Source: Nemertoderma westbladi
Lineage: Eukaryota; Animalia; Xenacoelomorpha
Assembly (NCBI GenBank): GCA_032718475.1
Contig: JAUCBJ010000091.1
Span: forward strand, 1-64,000
Direction of reading: 5' to 3'
Length of the DNA stretch: 64,000 nt
Part shown: positions 45,996 to 59,529 of the stretch, one piece after another
Layout: the number at the start of each line of letters is the position of its first letter
Numbering within the stretch: position 1 is the first letter of the stretch
The notes under the pieces: generated by a model
Database searches by the model: none
The model's input: only the letters and a program-made list of their open reading frames with translations
What the model was told of the DNA's origin: nothing
Program-made: the position numbers and the translations under genes

Positions 45996-48775
45996 GTGGT
46001 AATGGACTTTTATAATCTTGATCCAACTGCACATGCAGCATTGGACAAAATAGACCAAATCTCTAACCGCATCATCCGTTGCCACTTCTCATGTTCTGGA
46101 AGACTGGCTAAGAAGTTTCCTAAGGTGGTTCTGATTGTGTGCTACTCTCCAACTAGTGTTGCCCCTGTAGAGGAGGTGGAAAATTTCTACCAGAATCTAC
46201 AAGCAGCTACTGATGGAGTGGATCAGCATGCATTCTTAACATTCTTGGGAGACTTTAATGCAAGTCTGCATCAATCACCTACATCGCCCTGGGTCTATAG
46301 CAATAGTGTTAACCGAAATTCCGTCCATCTTCAGGATTTTATCTCTGGAAATGGATTGTTTTCGGCTGGAACCCAGTTCAAGAAGCGAACTGGAAAGCTA
46401 TGGACTCATAGTGGACCCAGTGGTCACAAGTCCCAGATAGACCATATCCTCTTTCGTAGGAAATACAGGAGCTCTATACAAGACTGTAATGCATTTACAC
46501 TACGACCCTTCTCCAGTGATCACCGCCTTATTGTGGCCAAGGTAAGACTTAGTCTGCGTGCTAGCAGAACAACGAAATCTGCCTTGCCGCGGCATGACTG
46601 GTCCTCTCTGTTGCAACAGCCAAGTGTGAGATCCAGCTTCACATTACAGCTGAGCAACAGGTATGAGGCTCTTGCCTCTGAGGCGGCAGATCACTGTGAG
46701 GGCTATACTGCCTTCACAGAGGCAGTTAAGTTAGCAGCTGCAGAAACAGTTCCTGTATACCCTCGAAACAGGAAACGGGCACCCTGGACTGACAACAAAA
46801 TTCAGAAGTGCCGAAATGACCTCTACAAGGCGCAGAAAGAGTCCCGACTCAAACAGACTACACAGCGGCCAAGAATGCAGTTAAGGCTGCATCTAGGTCC
46901 CTGAACAGGCAGTACTCTGTTAATTTACAGGAGCTAATAAACCAACAGGTTGATGCCATCAATGATGCTGACGACAGCAGGCAATCATCCCAGGCATGGA
47001 GATCGATCAACTTGCTTGCTGGTCGAAAAAGCCAACCAACCACCAAGGTTAAGGCTGAATCACCAGCCGATCGCCTCAATGGTTGGAAGGCCCACTTTGA
47101 AAAGCTCCTCGATAATGACAGGGTATTGCCTGATAACTTTATAGAAGTAAAAGTGTCTGAGTCTGTACTCCCAGATATTCCCATTGGTGATATCTAGTTT
47201 GCAGAAGTGAAGGCTGCTGCAAAGAGCATTAAGACCAATCGTGCCAGTGGAGTAGATGGTGTTCCCCCTGAGGTCTTTAAAATACCTGAGTGTTTAAAGC
47301 TCATCTATCCCATCATAGTAGACATGTACCGTACAACAAGAGTCCCACAAGAAATGAAAACAAATAAGTTGGTACCAGTTCCCAAGAAGGGCAACCTAAC
47401 ACTCTATGGTTCTTTTCGGGGAATCTCATTGATCTCGATTGCTGCAAAGCTATACAATAGAATTCTATTAAATCGCATCAGGGATCCCATTGAGAGACTG
47501 CTCCGTGGAAATCAGAATGGGTTCCGTAAAGGTCGTGGGACCATGGAGCCCATTTTGGCACTCAGAAGGATAATTGAAGAGTTATCAAAAAAGAAAGACA
47601 GGCATCTGGCTGTTATCTGTGTTGACTTCTTCAAGGCCTTTGATTCAGTCTCTCGCTCACGTATGTTCAGCATACTTTCATTATATGGGATTGCTGATGA
47701 AATTATTGCAGCAATCAGATCAGTACGATGGTTCGACAACATTTGTGTCTACTGTTGACGGTGACACAGAACCATTTGAAGTGTTATGGGGCGTCCTCCA
47801 GGGAGACACACTTGCACCATTCTTGTTCATAATTGTTGTTGACTATGTTCTACGCATGTCCTTAGATCGTCACAATGATGATGGGGTGATGATAACTCCA
47901 CCTACTGGCTCCAGAAGTCGAGGAAATCCTGCCAAGTACCTAACTGATCTAGACTTTGCTGATGACTTAGGAGTACTCTCAGAATCACTAGAGGGAGCTC
48001 AACGGCTCCTCAGCTCATTAGAACATGCTGCTTCTAGTGTTGGTCTTTTTATTAACTCCAGAAAGACCAAAATTTTGACAGTTAACTTTGAAAGTCCTCA
48101 GCAAGTCTCTGATCGGATGAGCATAAGATCAAAAGATGGTATGCTTGAGCATGTGGATGACTTCTGTTACCTGGGATCATGGATCCGGAAGTCAGGTGAG
48201 GACCTTCGAATACGTAAGGGAAAGGCATGGGCAGCCTTGAATAGGCTTTCCAGGATTTGGAAGTCACCGAGAATTAATCGGAAACTTAAGGTCCGGTTAT
48301 TTAGAGCAGCAGTAGTTCCAGTACTCCTCTATGGGAGTCCATGCTGGGCTCTAACTGCTGAGGACACCAAATCTCTGGATGGCACATTCACAAGAATGCT
48401 ACGCCGGGTTCATTGTGTCAAGTACAATGCACACATCTCCAACCAGACACTATATAACATTGGAGGTGTCTCATTGGTTCCCCCAAGCTTGACACTAGAA
48501 CAAAATCGCCTCCGCTTTGCAGGACATTGCTTTCGCCGTGAGGACCAGCCAGTGCATAATCTTGTACTTTGGCAGCCTCATGGAGTGAATAAGCATGGTG
48601 GACAGCCCATGACTTTCTTGAGACGCATCTTAAAGGACACTGGCCTTGAAGATGCGGATGATCTAGCAAATGTCATGGGTGATAGGGAGTTGTGGCGGTG
48701 CAATTTTGTCGATAAGCCGGCACAGCATTCTTAAAAATGCAGCTGCAATGCAGCATGCCGATCCTAGTAGTAGTT
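45996..48775 (+). mobile_element. RTE-clade LINE, 5'-truncated, frameshifted EN-RT ORF
   Basis: CYSPT, GDFNA, QIDHI, SDH endonuclease motifs; RGISL, QNGFR, DFFKAFDS, QGD, FADD RT motifs over four ORF pieces; short (TAG)n tail at 48766. Confidence 0.9.
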
Positions 48776-49468
48776 TATAATCTTAATCAATAATAATAAT
48801 ATCTATAAAAGTATAAGTATAATAAATAATACTTAATCAATAATACTCCTAATAATACGAGTTATTTTAACTGATATGATACTATTTGCTTTTCGGCCCT
48901 TACATGCCAAAACCGGCCGTTTTGTATTGTTATTGTATCTTGTTGTTGCTCTTATTTTGTGTTATTTTAATTAATTTGATGTTGCTAGACCATTTTACCA
49001 ATAATAGCCGCCGGGGCGTAAGCCGGATGTTTAAATAAAAAAAAAGTGCTACTTTACACACACAGTATGTAAATAGTTATTACAGTTTTATAATAGGATT
49101 TGAATAGAACGTAATTAATAATCTCATAATGAATAATATTCAACATACTGCCAGTTTAGACTGTTAGATCGGATAGGCCAGCCAGGCCTACCCTAAACTG
49201 GTAAACCTATTTCCTACAGGTACGAGCTACAGAGCTGAGGCAGTATAGTAATTAAGAAGTATACATCGCCTCGGGCCTCGCCGTACTGGCAGACTGGTAG
49301 GCCCTAAATTATTATATTATTTGTGATACAGGCTCATTGTAGATAGCAGGCTGGCAGGAGAACCACTCAATCAAAGTAGATGCTGTGACTAATTCGCCCC
49401 GACTATTCCAAACAATTTGTTTAGTGTATTTAATATTTCAGTATCGGTGGTAGGACTATACGGTTGTT

Positions 49469-50449
49469 ATGGATACCGATTTCAGTACCCCGCCTTTCCT
49501 TAAATTAGTAACAGAAACAAAGAAGACTATTCTTCTAAAAGCTGTAATTGAGACAGGGCGTTTGGATATCACTATAACAGATGGCGCCACTGTCTGGAAA
49601 GGGAGAAGCCAGCCCAGCGAAGTTGAAGGCATGGCGAACGTTCTAGGCATGGACACTGGCGAGTATGTTAGCGAAATGAGACTGGCCATGTCGACTATTA
49701 ATGATATATATTTATATGATCTGAAAGACAACTCTTTTTCTTGGAAAAAGCAAGTTCCCACGGGAACATCTAAAATAAAAGTTACTTTTGGAAGCATCAA
49801 CGTAGAGCCTTGTAAAGATTCCAGTGTAGAGTTGATCGATTTACTGACGGATTTATGCGATAAGATCGTTCTACTGAACCTGGAAGTCGGAGAATTGGGT
49901 TGTCAGAAGAAACAGTTAGCAGCAGATAGACAGAAAGCCGTAGATTTCGTTAAAACTCGAGTCCTTTCTAAAGAGGAAATGGAAAATAATTTGTTATCTA
50001 AATTCCTTCTCGTGTTGAACGCCAAGAAAGAAAGAATTCGCGAACTTGAAAACGAGTTGGAATTACTTAAACGAGAAAATAAAACCGAGATGAAAGAAAC
50101 TGAATCTACCGGTTCTCCGCGGACCGATTACGTTGCTAAGGAGACAGAATACCCCAGCGATTTTGATACAGACGACGAGAAAGAATCGGCCAGCATTAAG
50201 TCTCGTCTCGCCGCCGCTGAAAGTCGCCCGTTCCAGGTTGGCAGCTCTGCTGTAGTAGACATTGTCCAATCAGGGTCAAGGGATATCGTTAAACGTAAGA
50301 GAGTGAGAGTCTGTCCCCCAGCTGTAGCTGTTAGTCGCCGACAACCAATAGAAACTCAGCAACCACAGCCACAGACAATTAAGCAAATAGACCAATCAAC
50401 GGAGGATACATTGTGTCTATCTACCACCGACCTAATACACGATTTATAA
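49469..50449 (+). CDS. XRCC4: DNA repair protein XRCC4 (intronless)
   Basis: ITDGATVWKG head domain, FSWKK, coiled coil KEEMENNLLSKFLLVLNAKKERIREL, acidic TDDE tail. Confidence 0.9.
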   Translation: MDTDFSTPPFLKLVTETKKTILLKAVIETGRLDITITDGATVWKGRSQPSEVEGMANVLGMDTGEYVSEMRLAMSTINDIYLYDLKDNSFSWKKQVPTGTSKIKVTFGSINVEPCKDSSVELIDLLTDLCDKIVLLNLEVGELGCQKKQLAADRQKAVDFVKTRVLSKEEMENNLLSKFLLVLNAKKERIRELENELELLKRENKTEMKETESTGSPRTDYVAKETEYPSDFDTDDEKESASIKSRLAAAESRPFQVGSSAVVDIVQSGSRDIVKRKRVRVCPPAVAVSRRQPIETQQPQPQTIKQIDQSTEDTLCLSTTDLIHDL

Positions 50450-51514
50450 GGTTTCCCCAGGTAAACGGCTATGTTGAGCCTCTATAAACAATCTCCTACA
50501 CTTAAAAAAGATGTGATAAATGAGTATAAAACTAGATATTTATATAAAATATTATTATTAAATTAAGTTAAATGTTGACAATATATTATTATTTTTAATT
50601 TAATTATGAAACTGTGGATATGCTTTTATTTTATCCTCGTGGGATTAATCAAGCTACTGTACTGTGTGCCTATGTGTCCAAGACAAAGTTATAATATAAA
50701 CCTAATATTAATGTATAACTGTATATTATTAATGAATTAAATGCTATTGAATAGTTTTTTAATAAAATATTAAGTAAATAAAAACAACAGAGTTACTTAT
50801 TAGAAGAATAAGGTGGCCGCTTTAATTTCTCTAAGAATAATGCAGTTCTTAATATAGACAGTTTGGGGATTTCGGTGCAGGGTTTGAAGTGGTCGCAATT
50901 CGTTGCAGGTAATCCACAAAGCCAGCATTTACACGAAGCTGTTGGTCGCCAACATTTACTCTGGTCACAGAGTTGTTGATGTTGGCCATTCGAAATCAAC
51001 CTTGCAGCTGCTCGTCGCCTTAAACCGGTTAATCTTCCAATAGGCCTAATGTCTGATTTTTTAATTATAAGGCGTTTGAACTTAATAAATGGCTTTCCTT
51101 ATTGAAATTTTTGTGGAATTGCGTGTGAAATTAGCAATAATTATTATATTGACTCAGCGCGAAAACGTTGATGTTAGATTGAGTTACCACAGTGAATGAC
51201 CAGTTTATCGTCAGGCAATTTAGAAACTCTGGTAAATCTAATTTAATTTAGATAGTTTAAAAGACTACAGCTATTATTACTTCGTTCTATCTTATGTTAT
51301 ATTTTTTTCTCTGTGTCATTAGGACCTGAATCCTTGCGTCCTGTAAATGCGGTCCTTACCGGTATGTTAACTGCGTCGATAGGTCCCGTATCTGTCGACG
51401 CAGGACCTAACCCGCAAAGGACCAAATGGCGCGGTACCCTCCCTCCAGTTCTGTTCATGCATACAATAAATACAAGTACAATATCTGATTCAGGAAAAAA
51501 GTGGTGAAATATAA

Positions 51515-51611
51515 AAAAAACCGGCTTTGGCCGGAATTCCGGCCGGATTTTTTTTTACAAATCCGACTCCGTCCTGGCCGGTTTGAAAAAGGTCAATCCG
51601 GCACATCCCTA
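51515..51611. mobile_element. End of a hAT-like MITE
   Basis: Terminus ...CCGGCACATCCCTA (reverse complement TAGGGATGTG, hAT-type) with CCGG subterminal repeats; other end not found. Confidence 0.45.
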
Positions 51612-53902
51612 GTAATTATGTTTATTTAGGTCTGTAGTTTGTGCGAGGTATGGCGTGCGGCGGAGTGAGTGGGTCTAACCTTTATAGCGGAATCCGCAAA
51701 GAATCAGAAATTTCCGCCAATTCAGAATCGGCGGAATATTCACACGAACCTTTTACCCCTGTAGTAAGCTATTATTTGGAGATGTTGTATATACTGTACA
51801 GTTTTTATTTAAGTGTCAGTTTTTATTGTTGTTTTATACGGTAAACTAGAAACGTTTGTAATTGGTTATAAGACCATCAGCCATACCTCGCGACGATTCC
51901 TTACTATTGGTGAACTGTTATAATGTGCCTTTATTTTCAGTTATATATTTATATAATCGGCATGTCTGTATTGTTATGCCGGCTTAACAAACAAAATTGA
52001 GCTGCCATCACACAATCGGCATACGGCATTGCAGCTTGCATTAAGAATGCTATACCGGCTTGACGACAAAATTGCGCCGCCACAATCCCATATCCCCCCA
52101 TGACTTATCGCGAGATTATCTGCATCATATATAATTTTATGTTAAGGTTAACTAACTTGTGTTATGTAACTTATATAACTCATATTAAGTAACTTTGAGG
52201 AAGAGATGCAGTAGCAGCTAAGCTCGGAATTCCTCTCCGTAAAGCGAATTAAAGGACATTAATAATTGTTATAAATTAATAAACAGAGTTAAGAAAACCT
52301 CTCAGCGGGTTATTTTATTTCTCACGGTTATTTAATTTGTTTAATCAATAACAACATCATTTCTCAACTATGCTGTTATACCTACTTACGAATATGATTA
52401 TGTATATTGTTGAGTTGTAGCGATGGTTGGGCTGCAATGAGTTGACTATATCCAACGGACCTCAACCTCAATGGCGGACGGGAAATAAATAAATAAGGCG
52501 ATGATTTTTACAATAAACATGCAACAGCGTACCCTTAGCAGAGCAGCAGAGCAAACTGCTCGTTGGGGCAGTTTCCCAGGTTGCGGATAGGGATAACATT
52601 TCACACATCGCACTAATTGTAATTTGTCTGCGTATACGACTGTGTATTACAATTAGACAGGAGGAAGTTTCTTTGGTTAATGCAAGTCATTCTTAGTTTG
52701 CATCTTCCAATCTCTGTTTCTTGGAGTCTGTGTCATATATGCTAGTTACGGCGGCGGAGACAGATTCCATCTTATACTGAGAGGTCAGCCTCGGGGCCAC
52801 TCAGTATACGTGCAGGTTGGGGGTGCCGGCCTTACGAATAACAGAATCACTCTTGAATTTCACTAATTAAAATGGCCTTTTTAAGAGAGGATACACTGCA
52901 AGACTGCAAGGCTTACTAATTAATATGTTGTGAATAGTCGGTCTATATTGGTGGGGGGGGGGGGGGGGGGGGGGTGTCTCTCGATGCTGCAAAGGATACA
53001 TCACACTCAGCAATATGTGGATTACCGCGGCAATAATACCCTAATTTCGTATTCATAATGTCATCAAAAACCCACGGCCAGATCTTTTATAACTCCAATA
53101 GTGTAACAACTACACGACACCTACAACCACCCCTAATATAAGTGAGAGTTACACGGCGTACCTGAAGCAAATCCAAGCTAACAATAACACAAATTATAGT
53201 CTAATTTAAATTCTTTGTATTCTGAGATTATAAAGCAAAAAATAATAGTCGTTAATATAGTATATTGGCGATTAATTCATTTATAATCAGTAATCAGATA
53301 TGTAGAAAATTGTATCATCTAATACTCCCGCTTAGACATGCAGCAGTTGGCGAACAAATTATTTTGCAAAATGAATCTTGGGTGTGTCTGGAATAAGCGA
53401 AGTGTGTGGAAATTATAACAAAATTAATGCGAAAAAGTTGTTTATTCCAATTATTTGACTAATAATGTAGAATTCCTTCATTATAGTCGTATGTTATATA
53501 AAGTTCAATAGCGTGTTATATAATTTTACTTTATATCACATTTACTGGGAGAGATGGAATTTTTCGAAAATGGGATTTTCTCTGCAAATATTAATTCCAG
53601 AGGCGACACAAAGGTTAATGTAGGTAAGGATAGGGCGCCACAAATACCCCGAGGTTATCATATACTCACCGTATATTAATATCACGAACTGAAGCCCCGC
53701 CGCATATGGAGAAAAAATCAATAAATGTGGCGTTAAGCAATTAATGATTTTTTTTATGAATGACATTTAATAAAGATAATGTCAAATACATTAATACATA
53801 AGGAACCAATAACTATATTACACGAATTCAAAAGAGTTCACTTCAATCAATAACAATAATCTATTGCTATGGTTACTGTATGATGAACACGCTTTGCTAT
53901 GG

Positions 53903-56617
53903 TTACCGTTTCCAAGGGCGTTCGAGGTCCAAATCGTCGTCATCGTCTTCATCATATTCCTCGTCCCCCAGTAAGTCCCTCGCCAGATCGGCCACTTTCG
54001 GCTCGATCGACTGGGGTTTAACCTGATGATGGGGCGACTGCTGATTGGCTGGGAGTTTGGGACTGAGGACCTCAGTGGGAACGTTCCACTGGATCACCAA
54101 CGGCTTACCCTGGAACACCCGGCCGTTCATCACGGCCGACTCGGCCTCGTGGCGCGTCGAGTAGGTTACCACGCAACGGCCGTCCTCCGCAGTAAAATGT
54201 TTCGATTCGATGACCCCGAACTGAGAAAAGTGGTCCTCTAAGTCGTCCTCAGTCGCGTTACCGGGGTAACCGCTGACGATAAAGGACTTGGGCCGGTGGT
54301 CTACCGTGGAGATACTGTTGAAGAGGAACCGAGCGCCCCTTGCGGATCTCCTACCTCGGATTCCCCGGCCACCACGACGACCCATATCGGGTACCGCCAA
54401 CCCCATCCTGGAGGCCTCCACTCTCATACTGTTAACCCGAAGTTTAAGATTCTTTGTGTCCTCGTCGGTTAGCTCCTTATTGAGGAGGTCCATCTCCGCG
54501 TCCAACAACTCCTTCTTCATTTCTATCTTATTTCTAGGTTTATTACTCGGTTTAACATTGCCATCGAGTTCTCTCTTTAGACTCGTTATAACCTTATCGA
54601 GTAGCTTTATGGCCCCGACAACCGTCACCTTCTCTTTCCCCTTTAGGTTCTTCGATTCTAGACGTTCCAATAATTTCTTCTGCTCAACGACTTGCCGCTC
54701 CAACAGCAATCGTTTCTGCCTCTTTATATCCAAAGACAATTTAATCGCGAGATTCTGTTTAGCGACTTTGTTATTCTTCTTCAGTTCGCTCGCCGGCGGT
54801 ATCTTAGCAACGGCGAACGCAACCTGAGGCGGTCGGACGACGTCGCCGCCTCCCGGGGCCACGACAACCCGGTTGCTAGGCGGCAACGAATCAGTCACGG
54901 GCGTGGCGACCGCGGTGGTTACCGCGGGGTCTATCGAGGCGACGGTAACCGCGGTTACCGCGCTCTGCTCCTGAGTTCCCTGATGCCAAAAGAGTTTAAT
55001 GAATCGGTTGCCCATGACTGCGTCGGCACAGGTGTAGGCTTGCCGCGCCTCCGAGTTGGCGTCGAACGCGACGAGCGCTGCGTCCGCCATCCCGCTGTAC
55101 GAGGCGTCCACGCTCGTAACCGTGCCGAAACGCTCGAAGTATTCCCGGATCTTATCGACGGTGTTGAGATCCGACGGGATCCGTCGCATCTCTAGCTTGG
55201 TCCCCCCCGAATGCCCCCCTCGAAAGCCGCGGAAGCCCCCTCGGTAGTTTACCTGCCGAGGGGGGCGGTAGAAGGGGGGCTCCTGGGAAGGAGGGGGTCC
55301 CGCAGTGAGGTCGACCAGGTTGCGAGCGAGGGGGAACATATCGGGGGCGAACTGGGGGGGCAGGAACATCGGGGGCGGGTAGACGGAGGTATCCATGGGG
55401 TAGAGGGGCGGGGGGTTGGGGGGCAGGAAGAGGGGGCTCCCCAGGGGGAACTGGGGGGGATCCATCCCGGGGGTCTCGGGGTTGTATCCGTCGACCGGGG
55501 GGACGGGGGGCAGCGGTTGGTACATCGGGGGGGCGCTGGGGTACAGCGAGGGCGGGGGCATCGTGTAGATGGGGGCGCCGACCGGGGGCGGCACAGGAGG
55601 GGGCCGGGGGGACGACTTGGACGGCTCCACCGTGATCGCATCCATCCCGTGGTCGTAGGGGCAGCCGTCGCCGCGGATACAGTAGCCCTTCTCGTCGAAG
55701 TCCGGACAGCGGAGCTCGGTGGTGGGGGCCCCGGGGTGCAGGGGGAGCATCGTGATGGTGGGGGACAATCCCCGGGTGTCCCTGTCCCGTAGTGGCGGGG
55801 ACATCCTGTGGTTGGGACTGCGGGACCTCATGTGTCTGTGGTGCCGGTGTCCCGGGGACCTCCGTCGGTTGCTGCGCCACGGACTCCCCTTATTCCTGCG
55901 ACTCGGGCTGTATCGACGGGTGCGACGACCAGCGGGGGACCGACGCAACTTCCCGGAGAACTTCCGACCGGAGTGTTTGGACGCCGTCTGGCGGCGTGGA
56001 GGGGAACCCTCATCACTCTCCGTGATAGAAGGGCTGCTCTGGGAACGAGTGCGTGGGCCCCTAGTCGGGGGGACGGCTAGACCCACAGGGGGCAGCGTGA
56101 CGCCCCCTGCGGGGGCGGTTATTCCTCCAATCCCACCAACAGGGTCGGTAGTCGCCTCGGTCGGCGGATCCAACGGCTGAAACACGACGGGGTTTGGACG
56201 CATTGCTTCGTCGATGGAATGAGACGCAACCGAGTTGAATACCTCGTCGGGGATGAGGTTGGGAACAACCTCGGTGTCCAGGAAGGGGGGCGAGTCCATC
56301 GGGAATGGTGGCGAGTTCATGGGGTCCCCCGGGGTAACTTCAGGTTCCGGCGAGTATGGTTCGTCTAACGGGTTGTGCGCCATGTAGGATTTCGTGTCCA
56401 GAGCGACAAACAGCCGCTCCACAAACGGTTCTGTGTGATCTTGCAGGAAGACTTTGAGACATTCGGAACAGCTGTCTCGTATTGTCGCGCGGTCCTTATC
56501 CTTTTTGACAAGAGCGATAACGTACTTGGCCAATGCGACAGGATCCGCGTCGCATATCGGCTCCAACGTTCTCTCCAACCACGGTTTGAATAAATCGACT
56601 CCCTCAATTGCAGGCAT
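53903..56617 (-). CDS. RBM26: RNA-binding protein RBM26/27 (intronless)
   Basis: N-terminal PWI-like LEPICDADPVALAKYVIALVKKDK, CCCH finger RCPDFDEKGYCIRGDGCPYDHG, two RRMs (NRFIKLFWH), coiled coil. Confidence 0.95.
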   Translation of the reverse strand: MPAIEGVDLFKPWLERTLEPICDADPVALAKYVIALVKKDKDRATIRDSCSECLKVFLQDHTEPFVERLFVALDTKSYMAHNPLDEPYSPEPEVTPGDPMNSPPFPMDSPPFLDTEVVPNLIPDEVFNSVASHSIDEAMRPNPVVFQPLDPPTEATTDPVGGIGGITAPAGGVTLPPVGLAVPPTRGPRTRSQSSPSITESDEGSPPRRQTASKHSGRKFSGKLRRSPAGRRTRRYSPSRRNKGSPWRSNRRRSPGHRHHRHMRSRSPNHRMSPPLRDRDTRGLSPTITMLPLHPGAPTTELRCPDFDEKGYCIRGDGCPYDHGMDAITVEPSKSSPRPPPVPPPVGAPIYTMPPPSLYPSAPPMYQPLPPVPPVDGYNPETPGMDPPQFPLGSPLFLPPNPPPLYPMDTSVYPPPMFLPPQFAPDMFPLARNLVDLTAGPPPSQEPPFYRPPRQVNYRGGFRGFRGGHSGGTKLEMRRIPSDLNTVDKIREYFERFGTVTSVDASYSGMADAALVAFDANSEARQAYTCADAVMGNRFIKLFWHQGTQEQSAVTAVTVASIDPAVTTAVATPVTDSLPPSNRVVVAPGGGDVVRPPQVAFAVAKIPPASELKKNNKVAKQNLAIKLSLDIKRQKRLLLERQVVEQKKLLERLESKNLKGKEKVTVVGAIKLLDKVITSLKRELDGNVKPSNKPRNKIEMKKELLDAEMDLLNKELTDEDTKNLKLRVNSMRVEASRMGLAVPDMGRRGGRGIRGRRSARGARFLFNSISTVDHRPKSFIVSGYPGNATEDDLEDHFSQFGVIESKHFTAEDGRCVVTYSTRHEAESAVMNGRVFQGKPLVIQWNVPTEVLSPKLPANQQSPHHQVKPQSIEPKVADLARDLLGDEEYDEDDDDDLDLERPWKR

Positions 56618-56669
56618 TTTGACAAGGTTATTGATAAGTAATTACTATTCTTACTGCTGTCTGGCTGTA

Positions 56670-58063
56670 CCGTAATTCGGGGTGACTTGATACAGTTTTT
56701 GCCTTTAACTGTGAATATCTTCTGAAGTTTTTATCCTACACAGACTGACAGATGGAATAAAAAGAAAATTTTATAGTCGGGATGAGTACTACACCACTAG
56801 ACTAAAGCACTATTTCAGGTGCTTAGTCTAGTTGGTGTTTTTTTCTTAAAAACCAGCTATATCAAGTCACCCCACATAACGGGGTGACTTGATACACAAG
56901 CAAATTTTCCGCAATAATACCACTCTGTGAATGAGTTTGGATCATATTGTAGGCTGTGGGGGTGACTTGATACATCTTGGAAATTTTAAAAAAAGAACGA
57001 AGTCACCACCTAACGGGGATATAAAATTATGGCTAAAATTAAAAATATCTCCATTTTTTATGGCAAAATATTTCATATTTAACAAGTTAAATTGCACTTT
57101 AAAAACGAAAAAGACCTTCATTGCATAGTGACATCCAGACACCAGTAAGTAAGACAATACATTTTAGAAAAAACTGGAAACTAAAACAATGATTTTATTT
57201 AAGCACAAATTTTGCAAAATTAAGGTTTAAGTAAAGATAAAATATTTTAGAAAATTTAACATATAACAATATTTAACAAGTTAAATTGCACTTTAAAAAC
57301 GAAAAAGACTTTCATTGCATTGTGACATCCTGACACCAGTAAATAAGACAAAACATTTTAGAAAAAACTGGAAACTAAAACAATGATTTTAAGCACAAAT
57401 TTTGCAAAATTAAAGTTTAAGTAAAGATAAAATATTTTAGAAAATTTAACATAGGCCTATAACAATATTTAACAAGTTAAATTGGACTTTAAAAACGAAA
57501 AAGACCTTCATTGCATAGTGACATCCTGACACCAGTAAGTAAGACAATACATTTTAGAAAAAACTGGAAACTAAATCAATGAATTTAAGCACAAATTTTG
57601 CAAAATCGACGTTTAAGTCATAGGTAGTCACAGGTATCTGGGTATCAGAACATTTTTTCCTACATTATACCATATATATGTATCAATTCACCCCATTTTG
57701 AGACACACTTTCAAAAAACGGGCACTCCACCCCCAATTCATATGAAAATTTGTAAATGCTCATAATATTCAAACTCATCTATTAGCATCTGTAAAAATAT
57801 TTTTTGAACAACATTAACCCAAAGTGTCAAAAATTTGACCTATATTTTGACATTGAAAAAAAGTGAATTTTTGAAAAATGCATTTTTGGCTCTAGTGATC
57901 ACAAATGCGAAGCAATGACAAAATTTATTTTACTATTTGATAGACAATTTATTCAGACATCTTCTAATATTTCAATTTTTATCATAACATCACGCAATCA
58001 CCCACAATCCATTAAAGAAAAAAAGTGTAACTTGCTGTATCTTGCTGTCACCCCGAATTACGG
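56670..58063. mobile_element. Non-autonomous Tc1/mariner-superfamily DNA transposon
   Basis: TIR CCGTAATTCGGGGTGAC / GTCACCCCGAATTACGG, TA on both sides, internal GGGGTGACTTGATAC repeats. Confidence 0.88.
57076..57617. repeat. About 195-bp tandem repeat (about 2.7 copies) inside the Tc1/mariner-like element
   Basis: ATATTTAACAAGTTAAATTG...TTAAGT recurs at about 57076, 57269 and 57465. Confidence 0.9.
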
Positions 58064-58619
58064 TACTGTACTGTCTTATCACAGTTGTCAAATGTCAGTG
58101 TATTATCTATGTATAGGCCTATTACAGTATTACATTTACAGTAAGTACTGAAGTAGGCCTATTTCTGTATTTGGCCTAATCAGCTAATACGCAGAGCAGA
58201 TGACGAACAGAGAGCAGGAGAGAGAGACACAGACGTTTGGACGTAGGGCAGTTGTAGGCCCTATGGCAGCGGCCCACGGCAGGGCCTGCTAGGAAAGGAC
58301 ATGGATTAAATTACACTCCACGATTACAAAGGACAATACTTTCATACACTGATAATATTTAATAAAATCATTTTACAAGACGTAATAAATTCGATAATAT
58401 ACTATAATACTAATATATTCGACACTATAATGAAAAAGTAATGTTCTTCGATAAAAAAAAAGTATCGGAAAGAAACGCTTTTTTAACTAATTTTGATTGA
58501 CCGAGGTTAAATGAAATTAGTGACAATGGATTTCTTTCCGGACACGTTTTTTTGATCGTAGACACTATTTTATCTGAAAAATTAATCGATTTACCGGTTT
58601 ACATTTAATATATATTTCG

Positions 58620-59300
58620 TTTTTTTTTTATCTACACCCCCATGCGGGGCAAATGGTTCCATTTAATAGTAAAATATTGTTAAAATTAATTATAAAAATA
58701 CACACATATGACGTATAAAATATATAGTTATGATTATGAGTCATGAGTAGTTAAATAAAATATTTGCTATGAACCAAGAACGGATAATGGAGGACAGTGG
58801 TTGCAGGAGAGAGCGTGGTTTCGGTCTATATTTCTATGGCCACAAAATTTACATTCACAGGCCGTGTTATTGATATCGTGGAATGGTGTCAAGTCAAATG
58901 CACAGTTTATAATGGAAGCCGTGCACTGTAGCCCTTGTAATCAAATGGCGGTATCTTTGGTTTGAGTTTTTCCATGTTGTCGACTTGAAGGCCGGTCCTT
59001 AAGGCCGGTCTCCTGTACAAAGTTTAGTTCCCTTCCCATTCTGTATGAACGATATTCATTTAGCGCTTCCGTATTAAAGGGGTACTTGGTTGCGAGTTCT
59101 TCTACATATGACTGACATCCAATCAGTTTAAAAGCTAATGTTGTGGATGAATTTTAGTGAATATTTAGGAGCCGCTTTACATATCTGCCTTTAATTTTAT
59201 CAATTTCTTTGAGGTTGTTAGCGGTGAAATAAAGCGCAATTTCATGGAAAGCATAGGATAACATTGGATCAATTTTCATGTTAAATATTAGTATTCCAGT
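58620..59300 (-). pseudogene. Degenerate 3' end of a LINE
   Basis: IDKIKGRYVKRLLNIH resembles a LINE RT C-terminus; A-tail on the minus strand at 58620-58629. Confidence 0.5.
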
Positions 59301-59529
59301 TTCTATGGTTAATATATATTTAGTTAAACAGCAGTAATAATTATTGTCAATGATAGGCCTAGTATTTTTATGAATTATCATTAAAATATGGCGAATACAA
59401 ATTGTCATATGTTATATTATTTTTACGTATTATACTTCAAACAGTGTTATGCAAATTCTTATAATTAATGATGCATTGTCCAATTTGAATTATTTCGATT
59501 AACAAAAAAACACATCCATAGACATGGCG

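Noticed and set aside
54026-56675. Many overlapping short ORFs in the RBM26 region
   Set aside because: Shadow frames of a GC-rich coding sequence.
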